Of a stretch of 64,000 nucleotides of DNA, positions 10,128-19,450 are shown one piece after another. The stretch is from Clostridia bacterium. Lineage in GTDB: Bacteria; Bacillota; Clostridia; UMGS1883. The DNA lies in NCBI GenBank assembly GCA_045604905.1, contig JAZUOX010000038.1, forward strand, positions 15,866 through 79,865. Reading direction: 5' to 3'. Numbering within the stretch: the stretch's first letter is position 1; each line of letters starts with the position of its first letter. The notes under the pieces were generated by a model. That model saw nothing but the letters and a program-made list of their open reading frames with translations, searched no databases and was not told where the DNA came from. The translations under genes and the position numbers were made by a program.

Positions 10128-10830
10128 ATTTTACGTTAATATACTGAAATAATCGGTCAGGGAAATTAACTGTCATACCGTCAACTTCCATATCGCACAT
10201 CCTTTTCATAAGGGGTACATTACTTACGCCCCAGGCTCTTACACCAAGACCTGCGTCACGCCATTTTTTCATCATTTCAGAAGTGACTTTTTCTGCCATT
10301 GGTGCAATTTCTTCACCGCCTATGGAAAGGAGTTTTTCTATTCCTTCATCTTCACCGTCTACTGTGAGCCAACCGACTCTTGCAGCTTTATCAAGCTCTT
10401 TTATTATTTTGATATAGTCAAATTTGAAGCTTGTGAAGGTGGTTTTATCCATAATGCCAAACTCTTTTACCATATTAAGTGTGTCTTCTTCCACTCCGGG
10501 TCCTTTAAGTTCAATGGCAAAGAAAATGTCGTAACTCGAGAATTTTTCCAGAAATTCCCTTAAAGTTATGATTCTGTCGTAAAATCGGGTTGTATTATTT
10601 CCATACACATTAAGATTCTTGAGCTCTGACAGAGTGAAATCACAAATCTTACCACTGCCGTCTGTAACTCTGTCAACTGAGTCGTCGTGGAACAACACCA
10701 ACTCGCCGTCTTTTGTTCTCTGTACATCTGTTTCTATGCCGTTTGCACCTTGCATAAGTCCCAGATAAAATGATGAAAATGTATTTTCAGGAGCGTATTC
10801 GCTTGCCCCTCTGTGAGCATAATTAATCAT
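10126..10830 (-). CDS. Glycerophosphodiester phosphodiesterase
   Basis: HRGASEYAPENT and ETDVQRTKDGELVLFHD motifs. It overlaps the uvrC stop by 8 nt. Confidence 0.9.
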   Translation of the reverse strand: MINYAHRGASEYAPENTFSSFYLGLMQGANGIETDVQRTKDGELVLFHDDSVDRVTDGSGKICDFTLSELKNLNVYGNNTTRFYDRIITLREFLEKFSSYDIFFAIELKGPGVEEDTLNMVKEFGIMDKTTFTSFKFDYIKIIKELDKAARVGWLTVDGEDEGIEKLLSIGGEEIAPMAEKVTSEMMKKWRDAGLGVRAWGVSNVPLMKRMCDMEVDGMTVNFPDRLFQYINVK

Positions 10831-12673
10831 CTTTTTCTCCTTTGAAATAATTTACTATTGCTTCTGCATTGGTTTTGCTGATACCTTTAACAAGGCATAA
10901 TTCATCAGCCGATGCAGCCTTTATTTTGCCGATACTTTTAAAATGCTTTAAGAGAGCAATTCTCTTATTTTTACCGATACCCTCTATTTTCTCAAGTTCA
11001 CTTTCAATAGTGTTTTTGCGATGAAGCTTTCGGTGATATTCAATTGCAAAGCGATGCACCTCATCCTGAATGTTCTCCACCAGGTGAAAAACAGAGCTGA
11101 CGGGGTTAAGATACACCTCACCCTCTTCAGAAAGAAGCGCTCTTGTGCGGTGCTTATCATCCTTGACCATACCGAAAACGGGGATATCAACATCAATTTC
11201 CTTGAAAAGTTCCTTTACTGTGCTTAACTGACCCTTGCCTCCGTCAAGGAGAATCAAATCTGGAAGGTTACTGAATTTGCCGTCACGCTCTCTTTCTTCG
11301 TGAGTGAATCTTCTTAAAAGCACTTCCCGAAGTGATGCTGTATCGTTTGCTCCCTCAACAGTTTTTATTTTAAAGCGGCGGTATTCCTTTTTTGCACTTT
11401 TTCCGTTTTCGAACACCACCATTGAGGCAACAGTGTCTGCCCCGGATATATGGGAAATATCGTAGGATTCAATTCTGTCAGGAATCACTTCAAGGCAAAG
11501 CGCCTTAGCAAGCTCCATCACAGAATCTGCTATCAGTTTTTCCTTGACCTTCTGGGTTTTGTAGTTTGTGATATTTTTAAGGGCATTATTATATGCCATA
11601 TCAACGGTTTTTTTATTGTCTCCTCGAACAGGAACCCTGATATGCACCTTTTTGCCCTTCTTATCAGTAAGGAATTTTTCCACATTTTCAATTTCGTCAA
11701 TGCTATGAGAAAGGAGCACCGTAGTCGGCACAAAATTGTCACGGCTGTAAAAACGGGGCACAAATTCAGAAAGAAGAGCTCCCGGTTCTGCATTGACCGC
11801 CTCAGACAAATCAAAACTGTCACGCCCGATAAGTCTGCCACCTCTTATATAGAATACTTCTGCAGAAGAAAGTCCGTCCTCTGCAGCGGCAGCAATTACA
11901 TCTATATCCCCAATACTGTCTGTAATAACTTTCTGCTCTTCTCCAAGCTTTCTCACAGACGCTGCCCTGTCGCGCAGAAGTGCTGCACGTTCAAATTCAA
12001 GATTTTCCGAAGCCTCCAGCATTTCCTTTTCGAGATTTGCTGTAACCTCTTCATCCCTGCCGTCAAGAAAACTTACTATGTTTTTGAAAATTTTTCTGTA
12101 TTCTGTTGCCGCGATACCACCCTGACACGGAGCGCTGCAACGACCCATCGCATAATATATGCATGGTCTTTCCTTTTTTAAATCCCTCGGAAACTGTTTC
12201 TTGCAATGGGGGAGCATAAAAATATCCCGAAGAAGCTTCATTGTTTCCTTAATGGAATATCCGCTTGGATACGGACCGAAATACTTTGCTCCGTCATTTT
12301 CAATTTTCCTTACAAAAAGCATACGGGGATATTCTTCGTTAAGCGTGATTTTAATATACGGATAATGCTTATCGTCTTTTAAAAGTATATTATAACGGGG
12401 CTTGTTTTCTTTAATCAGATTTGACTCAAGAACAAGCGCCTCCATTTCGCTGTCACAGATAATGTAGTCAAAGTCACAAATCTTTGACACCATAACCTGT
12501 GTTTTCAGGCTGTGATTTGCCGAAGCCTGAAAATACTGCCTGACGCGGTTACGAAGCACCTTTGCTTTGCCCACATAAATTATCCTGCCGGAAGCGTCTT
12601 TCATCATATAAACTCCGGGCTTCTGGGGAAGCTTATTCAGTTTTTCAAAAATTACTTCATTCATAATTTTCAC
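10823..12673 (-). CDS. uvrC: Excinuclease ABC subunit C
   Basis: GIY-YIG N-terminus (GVYMMKDASGRIIYVGKAKVLRNRVRQY), the UvrB-interacting region and a C-terminal HhH. 616 aa. Confidence 0.95.
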   Translation of the reverse strand: MKIMNEVIFEKLNKLPQKPGVYMMKDASGRIIYVGKAKVLRNRVRQYFQASANHSLKTQVMVSKICDFDYIICDSEMEALVLESNLIKENKPRYNILLKDDKHYPYIKITLNEEYPRMLFVRKIENDGAKYFGPYPSGYSIKETMKLLRDIFMLPHCKKQFPRDLKKERPCIYYAMGRCSAPCQGGIAATEYRKIFKNIVSFLDGRDEEVTANLEKEMLEASENLEFERAALLRDRAASVRKLGEEQKVITDSIGDIDVIAAAAEDGLSSAEVFYIRGGRLIGRDSFDLSEAVNAEPGALLSEFVPRFYSRDNFVPTTVLLSHSIDEIENVEKFLTDKKGKKVHIRVPVRGDNKKTVDMAYNNALKNITNYKTQKVKEKLIADSVMELAKALCLEVIPDRIESYDISHISGADTVASMVVFENGKSAKKEYRRFKIKTVEGANDTASLREVLLRRFTHEERERDGKFSNLPDLILLDGGKGQLSTVKELFKEIDVDIPVFGMVKDDKHRTRALLSEEGEVYLNPVSSVFHLVENIQDEVHRFAIEYHRKLHRKNTIESELEKIEGIGKNKRIALLKHFKSIGKIKAASADELCLVKGISKTNAEAIVNYFKGEKDD

Positions 12674-12682
12674 CTGTGCAAA

Positions 12683-12707
12683 AGTAGGCGGTCTCTGACC
12701 GCCTACT
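12683..12707 (-). terminator. Hairpin after mgtE (weak U-tract)
   Basis: 11-bp perfect stem AGTAGGCGGTC / GACCGCCTACT with a 3-nt loop. On the minus strand it is followed only by UUUGCAC and then the uvrC RBS. Confidence 0.45.
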
Positions 12708-12708
12708 C

Positions 12709-14064
12709 TTAAAGTAATTGCATTGCTATATTTACATAAATCGCCAAAGACACTGCGTCAATAATTGTAGTAATAAACGGGCTTGCCATAACCGCAGGGT
12801 CAAAACCGATTTTTTCCGCAACCATAGGAAGCGTGCAGCCAACTATTTTAGCAACAATAACAGTTACAAGCAACGTAATTGAAATTACCAATGCAACCGC
12901 CAAGCCTACACCGTCAAATAAAACAAACTTCAGGCAGCTTACTACCGCAAGAGTAAGACCGCAAAGAGCTGCCACACGGATTTCTTTCCATATGACACGA
13001 ATCATATCGGCAAACTCAATCTCTCCAATTGAAAGACCGCGAATAACGGTAACTGATGCCTGACTACCGGCGTTACCGCCTGTTGACATCAACATCGGAA
13101 TACTTGCTACAAGAGCAATGCTCCCCGCAAGAGCATTTTCATAATGAGTGATTATCAGCCCTGTAAATGTTGCTGAAAGCATCATTATAAGAAGCCACGG
13201 AACACGGCTGAGGTACATCTTGAAAGCTGCCGTTTTCAGATAAGGCTTATCAAGAGGCGTAATAGCTGCCATTTTTTCAATATCTTCGGTGGTTTCTTCC
13301 TGCAGAACATCCATTACATCATCGACTGTTACAATACCCACAAGACGGTTTTCTTCATCAACAACAGGCATTGCCGAAAGGTCATACTTATTGAAATCAA
13401 GTGCAACCTCTTCCCTATCCTCTGTAGTAAGCGCACAGATAACTTCCTCTGTCATAAGTTCTGCCATAGTGACATTTTCTTCCGCCAAAAGAAGCGTTCT
13501 GATTGTCACGATACCAAGAAGTTTTCTGTTCTGCTCCGTAACATAACAGGTATTGATAGTTTCTTTATCGACACCGGTTCTCCTGATTCGCTTTATTGCG
13601 TCCTCTACCGTCATATCAGGGCGCAGACTTACATACTCGGTAGTCATAATGCTGCCGGCACTGTCATCAGGATACTTGAGTATTTCGTTAATCATTTTTC
13701 TTTTTTCGGGTCCAGCCTGCTTAAGTATACGCCTTACAACATTTGCGGGCATTTCCTCTACAAGGTCAGCGGCATCGTCCACATAAAGCTCGTCAACCAC
13801 GTCCTTAAGCTCACTGTCACTGAAGCCCTGGATAAGCATTTTCTGCTGATCCTCTTCCATTTCCACAAAGGTTTCTGCTGCAAGTTCCTTGGGTAGAAGT
13901 CTGAATAAAAGCGGCACAACCCCGTTTTCGCACTCCTCAAGAGCCGCTGCTATATCCGCAGCGTGCATCGTCTCAAACACATCACGAATAGAGGCATATT
14001 TTTTACCCTCTATAAGCGTAGTAAGCATCTGAGAAAGTGCATTTTCACTAAAATTTTCTGCCAT
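12709..14064 (-). CDS. mgtE: Magnesium transporter MgtE
   Basis: MgtE N-domain (DDAADLVEEMP), a CBS pair and 5 C-terminal TM helices. 451 aa. Confidence 0.95.
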   Translation of the reverse strand: MAENFSENALSQMLTTLIEGKKYASIRDVFETMHAADIAAALEECENGVVPLLFRLLPKELAAETFVEMEEDQQKMLIQGFSDSELKDVVDELYVDDAADLVEEMPANVVRRILKQAGPEKRKMINEILKYPDDSAGSIMTTEYVSLRPDMTVEDAIKRIRRTGVDKETINTCYVTEQNRKLLGIVTIRTLLLAEENVTMAELMTEEVICALTTEDREEVALDFNKYDLSAMPVVDEENRLVGIVTVDDVMDVLQEETTEDIEKMAAITPLDKPYLKTAAFKMYLSRVPWLLIMMLSATFTGLIITHYENALAGSIALVASIPMLMSTGGNAGSQASVTVIRGLSIGEIEFADMIRVIWKEIRVAALCGLTLAVVSCLKFVLFDGVGLAVALVISITLLVTVIVAKIVGCTLPMVAEKIGFDPAVMASPFITTIIDAVSLAIYVNIAMQLL

Positions 14065-14099
14065 ACTGTCACTCCCTAAACTTAAGTGTCTGTACAGCC

Positions 14100-14210
14100 C
14101 ATTGTGAGCAGAAAATTTATCTGCGAAAAATGAACGCAGATAAACCCTGCCCGCACCCTCGGGCAGTACTTGCGCTGTTATTTCCTCCTGCGTCCATTCT
14201 TCTCACCTCA
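14100..14210 (-). ncRNA. Structured mgtE 5' leader, candidate Mg2+-responsive (M-box-like) riboswitch
   Basis: The minus-strand RNA contains GAGGUGAGAAG and ACUGCCCGAGGG islands resembling M-box conserved segments. The closing helix is GUGAGaAGAA / UUCUgCUCAC, and there is an internal 7-bp hairpin CUGCCCG / CGGGCAG. The full M-box consensus was not verified, and the element is shorter than typical. Confidence 0.4.
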
Positions 14211-14234
14211 ACTTTTAAATATGTTTATGTTATT

Positions 14235-14264
14235 ATAATATCCTTTTTTAGTGTGGTTTGTCAA
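14235..14264 (-). promoter_or_regulatory. Candidate sigma-A promoter for the mgtE leader
   Basis: On the minus strand: TTGACA (14259-14264), 18 nt spacer, TATTAT (14235-14240). Confidence 0.45.
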
Positions 14265-14479
14265 CCTCTGTTAAAAAGTCTTTTCATTTTTTCCTGTATC
14301 ATTCGGTGTCGCTCTTGTGTAAGAGCCTTATCTACACGGTACAGATTGTTTTCTAAAACCACAACGTCTCCCTCTTTAGCATTAAGCAAAAGAGATTTGT
14401 CGACATCAACCGTTTCACCTGCTTCGTTTTCTAAAACGGCAAAATTTTCTTCAAATCGGTCTATCACAAACTGATTCAT
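14261..14479 (-). CDS. DUF3006 family small protein
   Basis: MNQFVIDRFEENFAVLENEAGETVDVDKSLLLNAKEGDVVVLENNLYRVD fits the DUF3006 pattern. The ATG at 14479 has GAGG upstream. The longer track ORF would overlap mltG. Confidence 0.7.
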   Translation of the reverse strand: MNQFVIDRFEENFAVLENEAGETVDVDKSLLLNAKEGDVVVLENNLYRVDKALTQERHRMIQEKMKRLFNRG

Positions 14480-14486
14480 AATTACC

Positions 14487-15566
14487 TCAACTGTTCTTGT
14501 GCTGACTGAAAGTCTCTGTGAAAATGTGACTGCCGTCATTCTTTTTTGTATCTGTATGATAGAAAAGATAGCTATGTGTTTCAGGCTCCATAGCAGCTTC
14601 AATTGACTCTATACCCGGATTACAGATAGCTCCCACAGGAAGGCCCTCATTCTTATATATATTATAAGGAGAATCAACTTCAAGGTCAGAATAAAGAACT
14701 CTGTCAACATCATACATTCCGTCAGAAATCACATAAACGATTGCCGCGTCTACCTGCAGAAGCATACCCTTGTCAATACGGTTCTGTATAACTCCGGATA
14801 TGGTTTTTCTTTCGCTGTCAAGCTTTGCTTCCCTTTCAATAAGAGAAGCACGAACAATCGCCTCATCCATAGTCATACCTTCAGGAAGCTTATGTTCCAC
14901 TGTTTTGTACTGTTTCTCAAACTCTCCAAGAAGAGTATCAATAATTTCGTGTGCAGTGGCATTCTGGTCAAAATTATGTGTACTTGGGAAAAGATATCCC
15001 TGCAATTTATATTTTACTCCGTCTCTTTTTGGAATATCCTTAATAAAATCATAATCAAAGTCGCCTTTTTCAAGTTCTTTAAGAAAAGCCTCTTTTGAAA
15101 CAAGTCCTTTACTTTCACAGCGAGCGGCAATCTGCTCAGCACTGAATCCCTCAGGAATAGTTATTTTTATGCCCTCTTCAAACTCGGTAGAAGTTCTCAG
15201 AGCATCAATAAGGTCGTCAAGACACATTTTTTCGTTAAGCACAAATGTGCCGTATTTGAGCTGACCTCTGTACGGAGACATTTTCATTTTAATACGGAAA
15301 GAAATTTCGCTGTTTATTACACCGTTTTCCTTAAGAATAGATGCAATTGCCTGCTCCGATGACCCGGCGGGAATAACAACATTGACAATTTCTGTTCCCG
15401 ATGTGCTGCGCATAAGCTCTGCCAACACAGGCGCACAAACTGCTGCTGTCAGTATAACTGCAATCAAAAAAATTAAAAGCACTATTTTTTTCGCAGTTCT
15501 CTTTTTTCTTTTTTTTCTTACTTTCACAGTATTTTTCCCGGGGATTTTTCTTTCGTTCTGTTCCAT
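14487..15566 (-). CDS. mltG: Endolytic murein transglycosylase MltG (YceG-like)
   Basis: Lys-rich N-terminus, a single TM helix and a YceG domain (LLQVDAAIVY..YNIYKNEGLP). Confidence 0.9.
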   Translation of the reverse strand: MEQNERKIPGKNTVKVRKKRKKRTAKKIVLLIFLIAVILTAAVCAPVLAELMRSTSGTEIVNVVIPAGSSEQAIASILKENGVINSEISFRIKMKMSPYRGQLKYGTFVLNEKMCLDDLIDALRTSTEFEEGIKITIPEGFSAEQIAARCESKGLVSKEAFLKELEKGDFDYDFIKDIPKRDGVKYKLQGYLFPSTHNFDQNATAHEIIDTLLGEFEKQYKTVEHKLPEGMTMDEAIVRASLIEREAKLDSERKTISGVIQNRIDKGMLLQVDAAIVYVISDGMYDVDRVLYSDLEVDSPYNIYKNEGLPVGAICNPGIESIEAAMEPETHSYLFYHTDTKKNDGSHIFTETFSQHKNS

Positions 15567-15635
15567 AAAAAAACCTACTTTCTTCCCAGCGTTTAAAAAA
15601 GTATTCGCTGCAACTTGATTTTATGCAATTTTTTA

Positions 15636-15676
15636 TAATCAAAAAGCAAGCCGGATAAGGAATCCGGCTTGCTTTT
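15636..15676 (-). terminator. Intrinsic terminator of the CHAP-like gene
   Basis: Stem AAAAGCAAGCCGGAT / ATCCGGCTTGCTTTT (15642-15676) with a 5-nt loop. On the minus strand it is followed by UUUUUGAUU. Confidence 0.85.
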
Positions 15677-16400
15677 AAGCATATACTTCAGTGAGTTTTT
15701 CAGCTGCGAATGTAAGACTTGTTATTTCTTCCATACTTTTTTCTATTTTACTGAAAACAAGGTTGCTGCCTCCGACGTCATACAGATTGTCAATAACAAA
15801 ACCGACACCGGACTTCGGCTCTTTTGATAAAAGCACGCACCCTATGGGGCTGCCGTGACGCCTTGAATAGCGTTTTACAAGCTCTTCTGCATCCTCTGCT
15901 ATTACCTGTCCTTCCCTGTTTTTGCCAAAAGAAAATGATTCTGTATAATATGCCACCCCATCCTGAAGTCTGTAAATCACAAGAGCATGGCCTGCTCCGG
16001 GATTTTCAGCGGAATAGCCTGACTGTACAGGAAAACTCAATACAATATTTTCAAGATTGTTGCCGTATTTCTCTGCAATTTCAACCAGACAATTCTCGCC
16101 AGGTTCACGGTAGACATAATATCCTCCGCTTGTCATCTGTACATTCTCAAAATTTGAATACCACTGATTTCCGTTTCCTCTGAAATCAAATTTATTATCA
16201 AATATTCCCATAGCCCTGAGCTGACATCTCACATATGTTCCGCAGTATCCGTCAAAGCTACGTCCGTGAAAAGAGCGGGCCTGTGTGTATATATTGTCAC
16301 CATAGGAAGAAAGTTCCTCCGGAACAATAAGATTTTCCGCATAAGACGGGATTGCCAATGTGAAAATCATACACATCAGCAACATCAGTTTTTTAAACAT
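15675..16400 (-). CDS. Secreted CHAP-like cysteine/histidine amidohydrolase (putative cell-wall hydrolase)
   Basis: Signal peptide MFKKLMLLMCMIFTLAIPSYA. The motif order YCGTYV (Cys), GNGNQWY, GHALVIY (His) and YYTES resembles a CHAP domain. Confidence 0.5.
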   Translation of the reverse strand: MFKKLMLLMCMIFTLAIPSYAENLIVPEELSSYGDNIYTQARSFHGRSFDGYCGTYVRCQLRAMGIFDNKFDFRGNGNQWYSNFENVQMTSGGYYVYREPGENCLVEIAEKYGNNLENIVLSFPVQSGYSAENPGAGHALVIYRLQDGVAYYTESFSFGKNREGQVIAEDAEELVKRYSRRHGSPIGCVLLSKEPKSGVGFVIDNLYDVGGSNLVFSKIEKSMEEITSLTFAAEKLTEVYA

Positions 16401-16453
16401 GCAATCTCTCCAAACACTTAGAATTGTTTGCAGAAGAATTCTGCTACAAAACT

Positions 16454-16482
16454 ATTCTAGCACTTTTTTGTAACAATTGCAA
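16454..16482 (-). promoter_or_regulatory. Sigma-A promoter of the CHAP-like gene
   Basis: On the minus strand: TTGCAA (16477-16482), 17 nt spacer, TGcTAGAAT (extended -10, hexamer at 16454-16459). Confidence 0.6.
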
Positions 16483-16496
16483 GCTTTTTTGTAACA
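16463..16496. repeat. Two perfect 13-nt direct repeats CTTTTTTGTAACA spaced 21 bp apart, straddling the -35
   Basis: Copies at 16463-16475 and 16484-16496. A partial third copy (TTTGTAACA) lies at 16565-16573. Confidence 0.8.
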
Positions 16497-16574
16497 TTTT
16501 TTTAATAATTTTAACTTTTTATCCGCTATTTTCCGTTTTTATCCCCTTTTAAACGACATTTTGATTTGTAACAT

Positions 16575-18455
16575 TTATTTTACAAAATGCTCTTCAAACC
16601 ACTTAATCATGCTGTCATATATCGGAATATCGCAAGAAAGTCTTTCCCTGAGAAGATATATTTCCTCAACAAGTTTACTACTGTCGTTTATAGGTTGTTC
16701 CACATAAATCTTATTGTGTTTTGTTGCAGAGTGCTTCTGCTTATCAAGAAGAAGCTCCTCGTAAAGCTTCTCCCCCGGTCTGAGACCTGAAAATTCTATC
16801 TTTATGTCAACATCCGGCACCAGACCGCTGAGTTCAATAAGATTCTTTGCAAGGTCGACAATTTTTACCGGCTCACCCATATCAAGAATAAATATTTCTC
16901 CACCGCCGGCAAGAGCACCTGCCTGCATAACAAGCTGTGCTGCTTCGGGAATAGTCATAAAGAATCGGTTGATTTCGGGATGAGTAACAGTCACGGGACC
17001 GCCCTCTTTGATCTGTTTTTTGAAAAGAGGTATGACACTGCCGTTACTTCCGAGAACATTACCAAATCTTACTGCTGCAAATATAGTTTTTCCACCGTCT
17101 TGTTTTTGTCTTAATGCAAACTGCTGAACCACCATTTCTGCAATACGCTTGCTTGTCCCCATTATGTTTGTGGGATTAACTGCTTTGTCTGTTGAAATAA
17201 GGACAAATCGTTCTGCACCGAATTTTGCACAGGTTCTTGCAACATTATAAGTTCCGTATACATTGTTCTTTATTGCTTCGTTGGGGCTATCCTCCATCAG
17301 TGGTACATGCTTATGCGCGGCTGCGTGGAAAACAACCTTGGGCTTATATGATTCAAAAACTTCTTCCAGTCGGTTTTTGTCACGGACGGAGCCGATAAGA
17401 ACCTCAAGTCTCAGCTGAGGGTATTTTTTTCTGAGTTCCATCTGAAGTTCATAAGCATTGTTTTCATATATATCAAATATAATAAGACGCTTGGGATTGA
17501 ATGTGGCTATCTGACGGCACAATTCACTGCCGATGCTTCCGCCGCCACCGGTTACCATAACAGTTTTTTCTTCTATGTATCCGAAAACATCCTTGCCGTC
17601 AATTATTTTTTCAGTTCTGCCAAGAAGGTCCTGCGGTGTTACCTCTCTTATCTGCAACACATTTGCTTTTCCGCTTGCGAGCTCAAAAAGAGACGGCACG
17701 GTTGAAATTTTTACACCGGTTTCCTTGCAGATTCTCATAATGTCGTTATATTCCTCTTTTTTGCCTGAAGGAATTGCAATTACAATCTCACGAATTTTGT
17801 ACTCTTTTACAACTGCAGGAATTCTGTCTCTTCCCCCGACAACCGGAATATCACTGATACGCATACCATGTTTGGCACTGTCATCGTCGATTGCAACAAC
17901 AGGATACATAGTAGTATCCCGGCGCATACTTCTTATAAGTGCTGAGCCTGTATCTCCTGCACCTACAATCAGAACGGGAGTTTTCTTCGAATTTCTTTTT
18001 ACATTCCGTCTGTGACTTATGCGCGCTCTCACCAAACGCCCGAGAAAACGCTCCACTGTAAAGCCACACATACATACAAGAACCATTATCATATAGTTTG
18101 CAAGTTCAAACTTTATTTCGTCAAAAACAAGCAGTCTTGACAGAAGATATGCCACTGTACCCGATACGATATTTCCTATGTACATAGTAAAATATTCTTT
18201 GAAATCTGCATATCTCCATGATGTGGTGTAATTACCTATAATTCCCATAACACCACAGCTTGAAAGCATGAACAAAACTATTTCGCGGTAGTTTTTGACA
18301 TAAAATCCAACGATATCTACCCTGTATGTCCCTCTTCTGAGCGCCGCTGCAAGCCACGCAGCTACAGCAACTATAAAAACGTCGCAGATGAGCATTATTA
18401 AAATGCGATTGATGTTATTGATTTTAACTGTTTCTGAATACTTTTTTGAAAACAT
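16575..18455 (-). CDS. Membrane-bound polysaccharide biosynthesis protein, CapD/PglF/WbpM-type nucleotide-sugar 4,6-dehydratase
   Basis: N-terminal TM helices, then VLIVGAGDTGSALIRSM and VMVTGGGGSIGSELCRQI Rossmann motifs. I prefer the ATG at 18455, which has GGGAG 7 nt upstream. Confidence 0.85.
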   Translation of the reverse strand: MFSKKYSETVKINNINRILIMLICDVFIVAVAAWLAAALRRGTYRVDIVGFYVKNYREIVLFMLSSCGVMGIIGNYTTSWRYADFKEYFTMYIGNIVSGTVAYLLSRLLVFDEIKFELANYMIMVLVCMCGFTVERFLGRLVRARISHRRNVKRNSKKTPVLIVGAGDTGSALIRSMRRDTTMYPVVAIDDDSAKHGMRISDIPVVGGRDRIPAVVKEYKIREIVIAIPSGKKEEYNDIMRICKETGVKISTVPSLFELASGKANVLQIREVTPQDLLGRTEKIIDGKDVFGYIEEKTVMVTGGGGSIGSELCRQIATFNPKRLIIFDIYENNAYELQMELRKKYPQLRLEVLIGSVRDKNRLEEVFESYKPKVVFHAAAHKHVPLMEDSPNEAIKNNVYGTYNVARTCAKFGAERFVLISTDKAVNPTNIMGTSKRIAEMVVQQFALRQKQDGGKTIFAAVRFGNVLGSNGSVIPLFKKQIKEGGPVTVTHPEINRFFMTIPEAAQLVMQAGALAGGGEIFILDMGEPVKIVDLAKNLIELSGLVPDVDIKIEFSGLRPGEKLYEELLLDKQKHSATKHNKIYVEQPINDSSKLVEEIYLLRERLSCDIPIYDSMIKWFEEHFVK

Positions 18456-18521
18456 ATTCCTGCTCCCTTTTATAAAGTCACAACATACCAACTTGCATTC
18501 TACACCAAAATGCAGATTTTG

Positions 18522-19313
18522 TCAAGTTTTGCCCTGCTCTCTGAAGTACTCTTTCGGAGTACATCCGAACTCCTTTTTAAATGCCCGATAAAACGTTCTC
18601 AACGAGTTGAATCCACTTTCCATCGCGCAATATGTAAGGGTATATTTATTCTCCGACATAAGAAGGAGTACATTTTTCAGTCTGACAGTAGTAAGATAGC
18701 GGTTAAATCCGATTCTGAAGCAGTTTTTAAAATAGCGTGAAAGGTAACTTTCGTTATATCCCATTTCCCTGGATACGGTTCCGAGGTTTATATCTTCTGT
18801 CAGATTGTCATTAATGTACATAAGCAGCCTTGTCCCGAGGCTTGTGTCAACAGTTTCACAGGAAGGCTCAAAAAAAATATTTTCCGATATAATGCCGAGT
18901 ATGACATATATATAGCCCAGTGCTTTTATATGGTTATTACAGCAGTTATTTAAACTTTCTGCCAGGTCTTTGATGCGCTTGAAAACCTCACTGTTACAGA
19001 TAAATGGAGAGGCTGCTCGTTTGTTTTTTACCGTTTCCATAAACTCCGGGCACATATGCACCGGAATAAAAAGCGCACTGGATTTTGAAGAATAGGGCGT
19101 CGAATAAGCGTGCGCATCAAAGCTGAGAGCAACCGATAGCTCTCCTCCTTTCAGGATTTTTCTGTTATGATTTACCATAACATCCATCTCCCCCTCATCC
19201 ACAAAGTAAATTTCTATCTGCGAATGAAAACAGAATATTGATGCATCATCTTCATAATGTTCATAGGAAAGAAAATTCTGTTCCTCTCTGTCAATTCTGA
19301 AAACAGGCTTCAT
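18522..19313 (-). CDS. AraC-family transcriptional regulator (cupin + HTH)
   Basis: C-terminal AraC HTH (YLSRYFKNCFRIGFNRYL..GFNSLRTFYRAFKKEFGCTPKEY). The ATG at 19313 has GGGAGGGG upstream. Confidence 0.9.
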   Translation of the reverse strand: MKPVFRIDREEQNFLSYEHYEDDASIFCFHSQIEIYFVDEGEMDVMVNHNRKILKGGELSVALSFDAHAYSTPYSSKSSALFIPVHMCPEFMETVKNKRAASPFICNSEVFKRIKDLAESLNNCCNNHIKALGYIYVILGIISENIFFEPSCETVDTSLGTRLLMYINDNLTEDINLGTVSREMGYNESYLSRYFKNCFRIGFNRYLTTVRLKNVLLLMSENKYTLTYCAMESGFNSLRTFYRAFKKEFGCTPKEYFREQGKT

Positions 19314-19450
19314 ATTTACCCCTCCCGGTACCAGGTAAGAAAATGTCACAAAATAAGCTGTTTTTGGCAAGAAATAGCCAGAAAATTACAGTATTATTTT
19401 ACACGGTCGGTAAAAAAATGTCAATATTTTTATAAGGCAGGGTAACGGCA

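Noticed and set aside
11450-12181. 243-aa ORF on the plus strand, antisense to uvrC
   Set aside because: It lies entirely inside a strongly supported uvrC reading frame. Its composition is low-complexity and rich in Phe, Cys, Lys and Arg, typical of shadow frames. It has no RBS and resembles no family.
15485-15520. Long T-runs (A-runs on the coding strand) considered as a slippage or phase-variation tract
   Set aside because: They encode the Lys/Arg-rich cytoplasmic N-terminus of MltG (KVRKKRKKRTAKK). The runs are interrupted, and the frame is intact.
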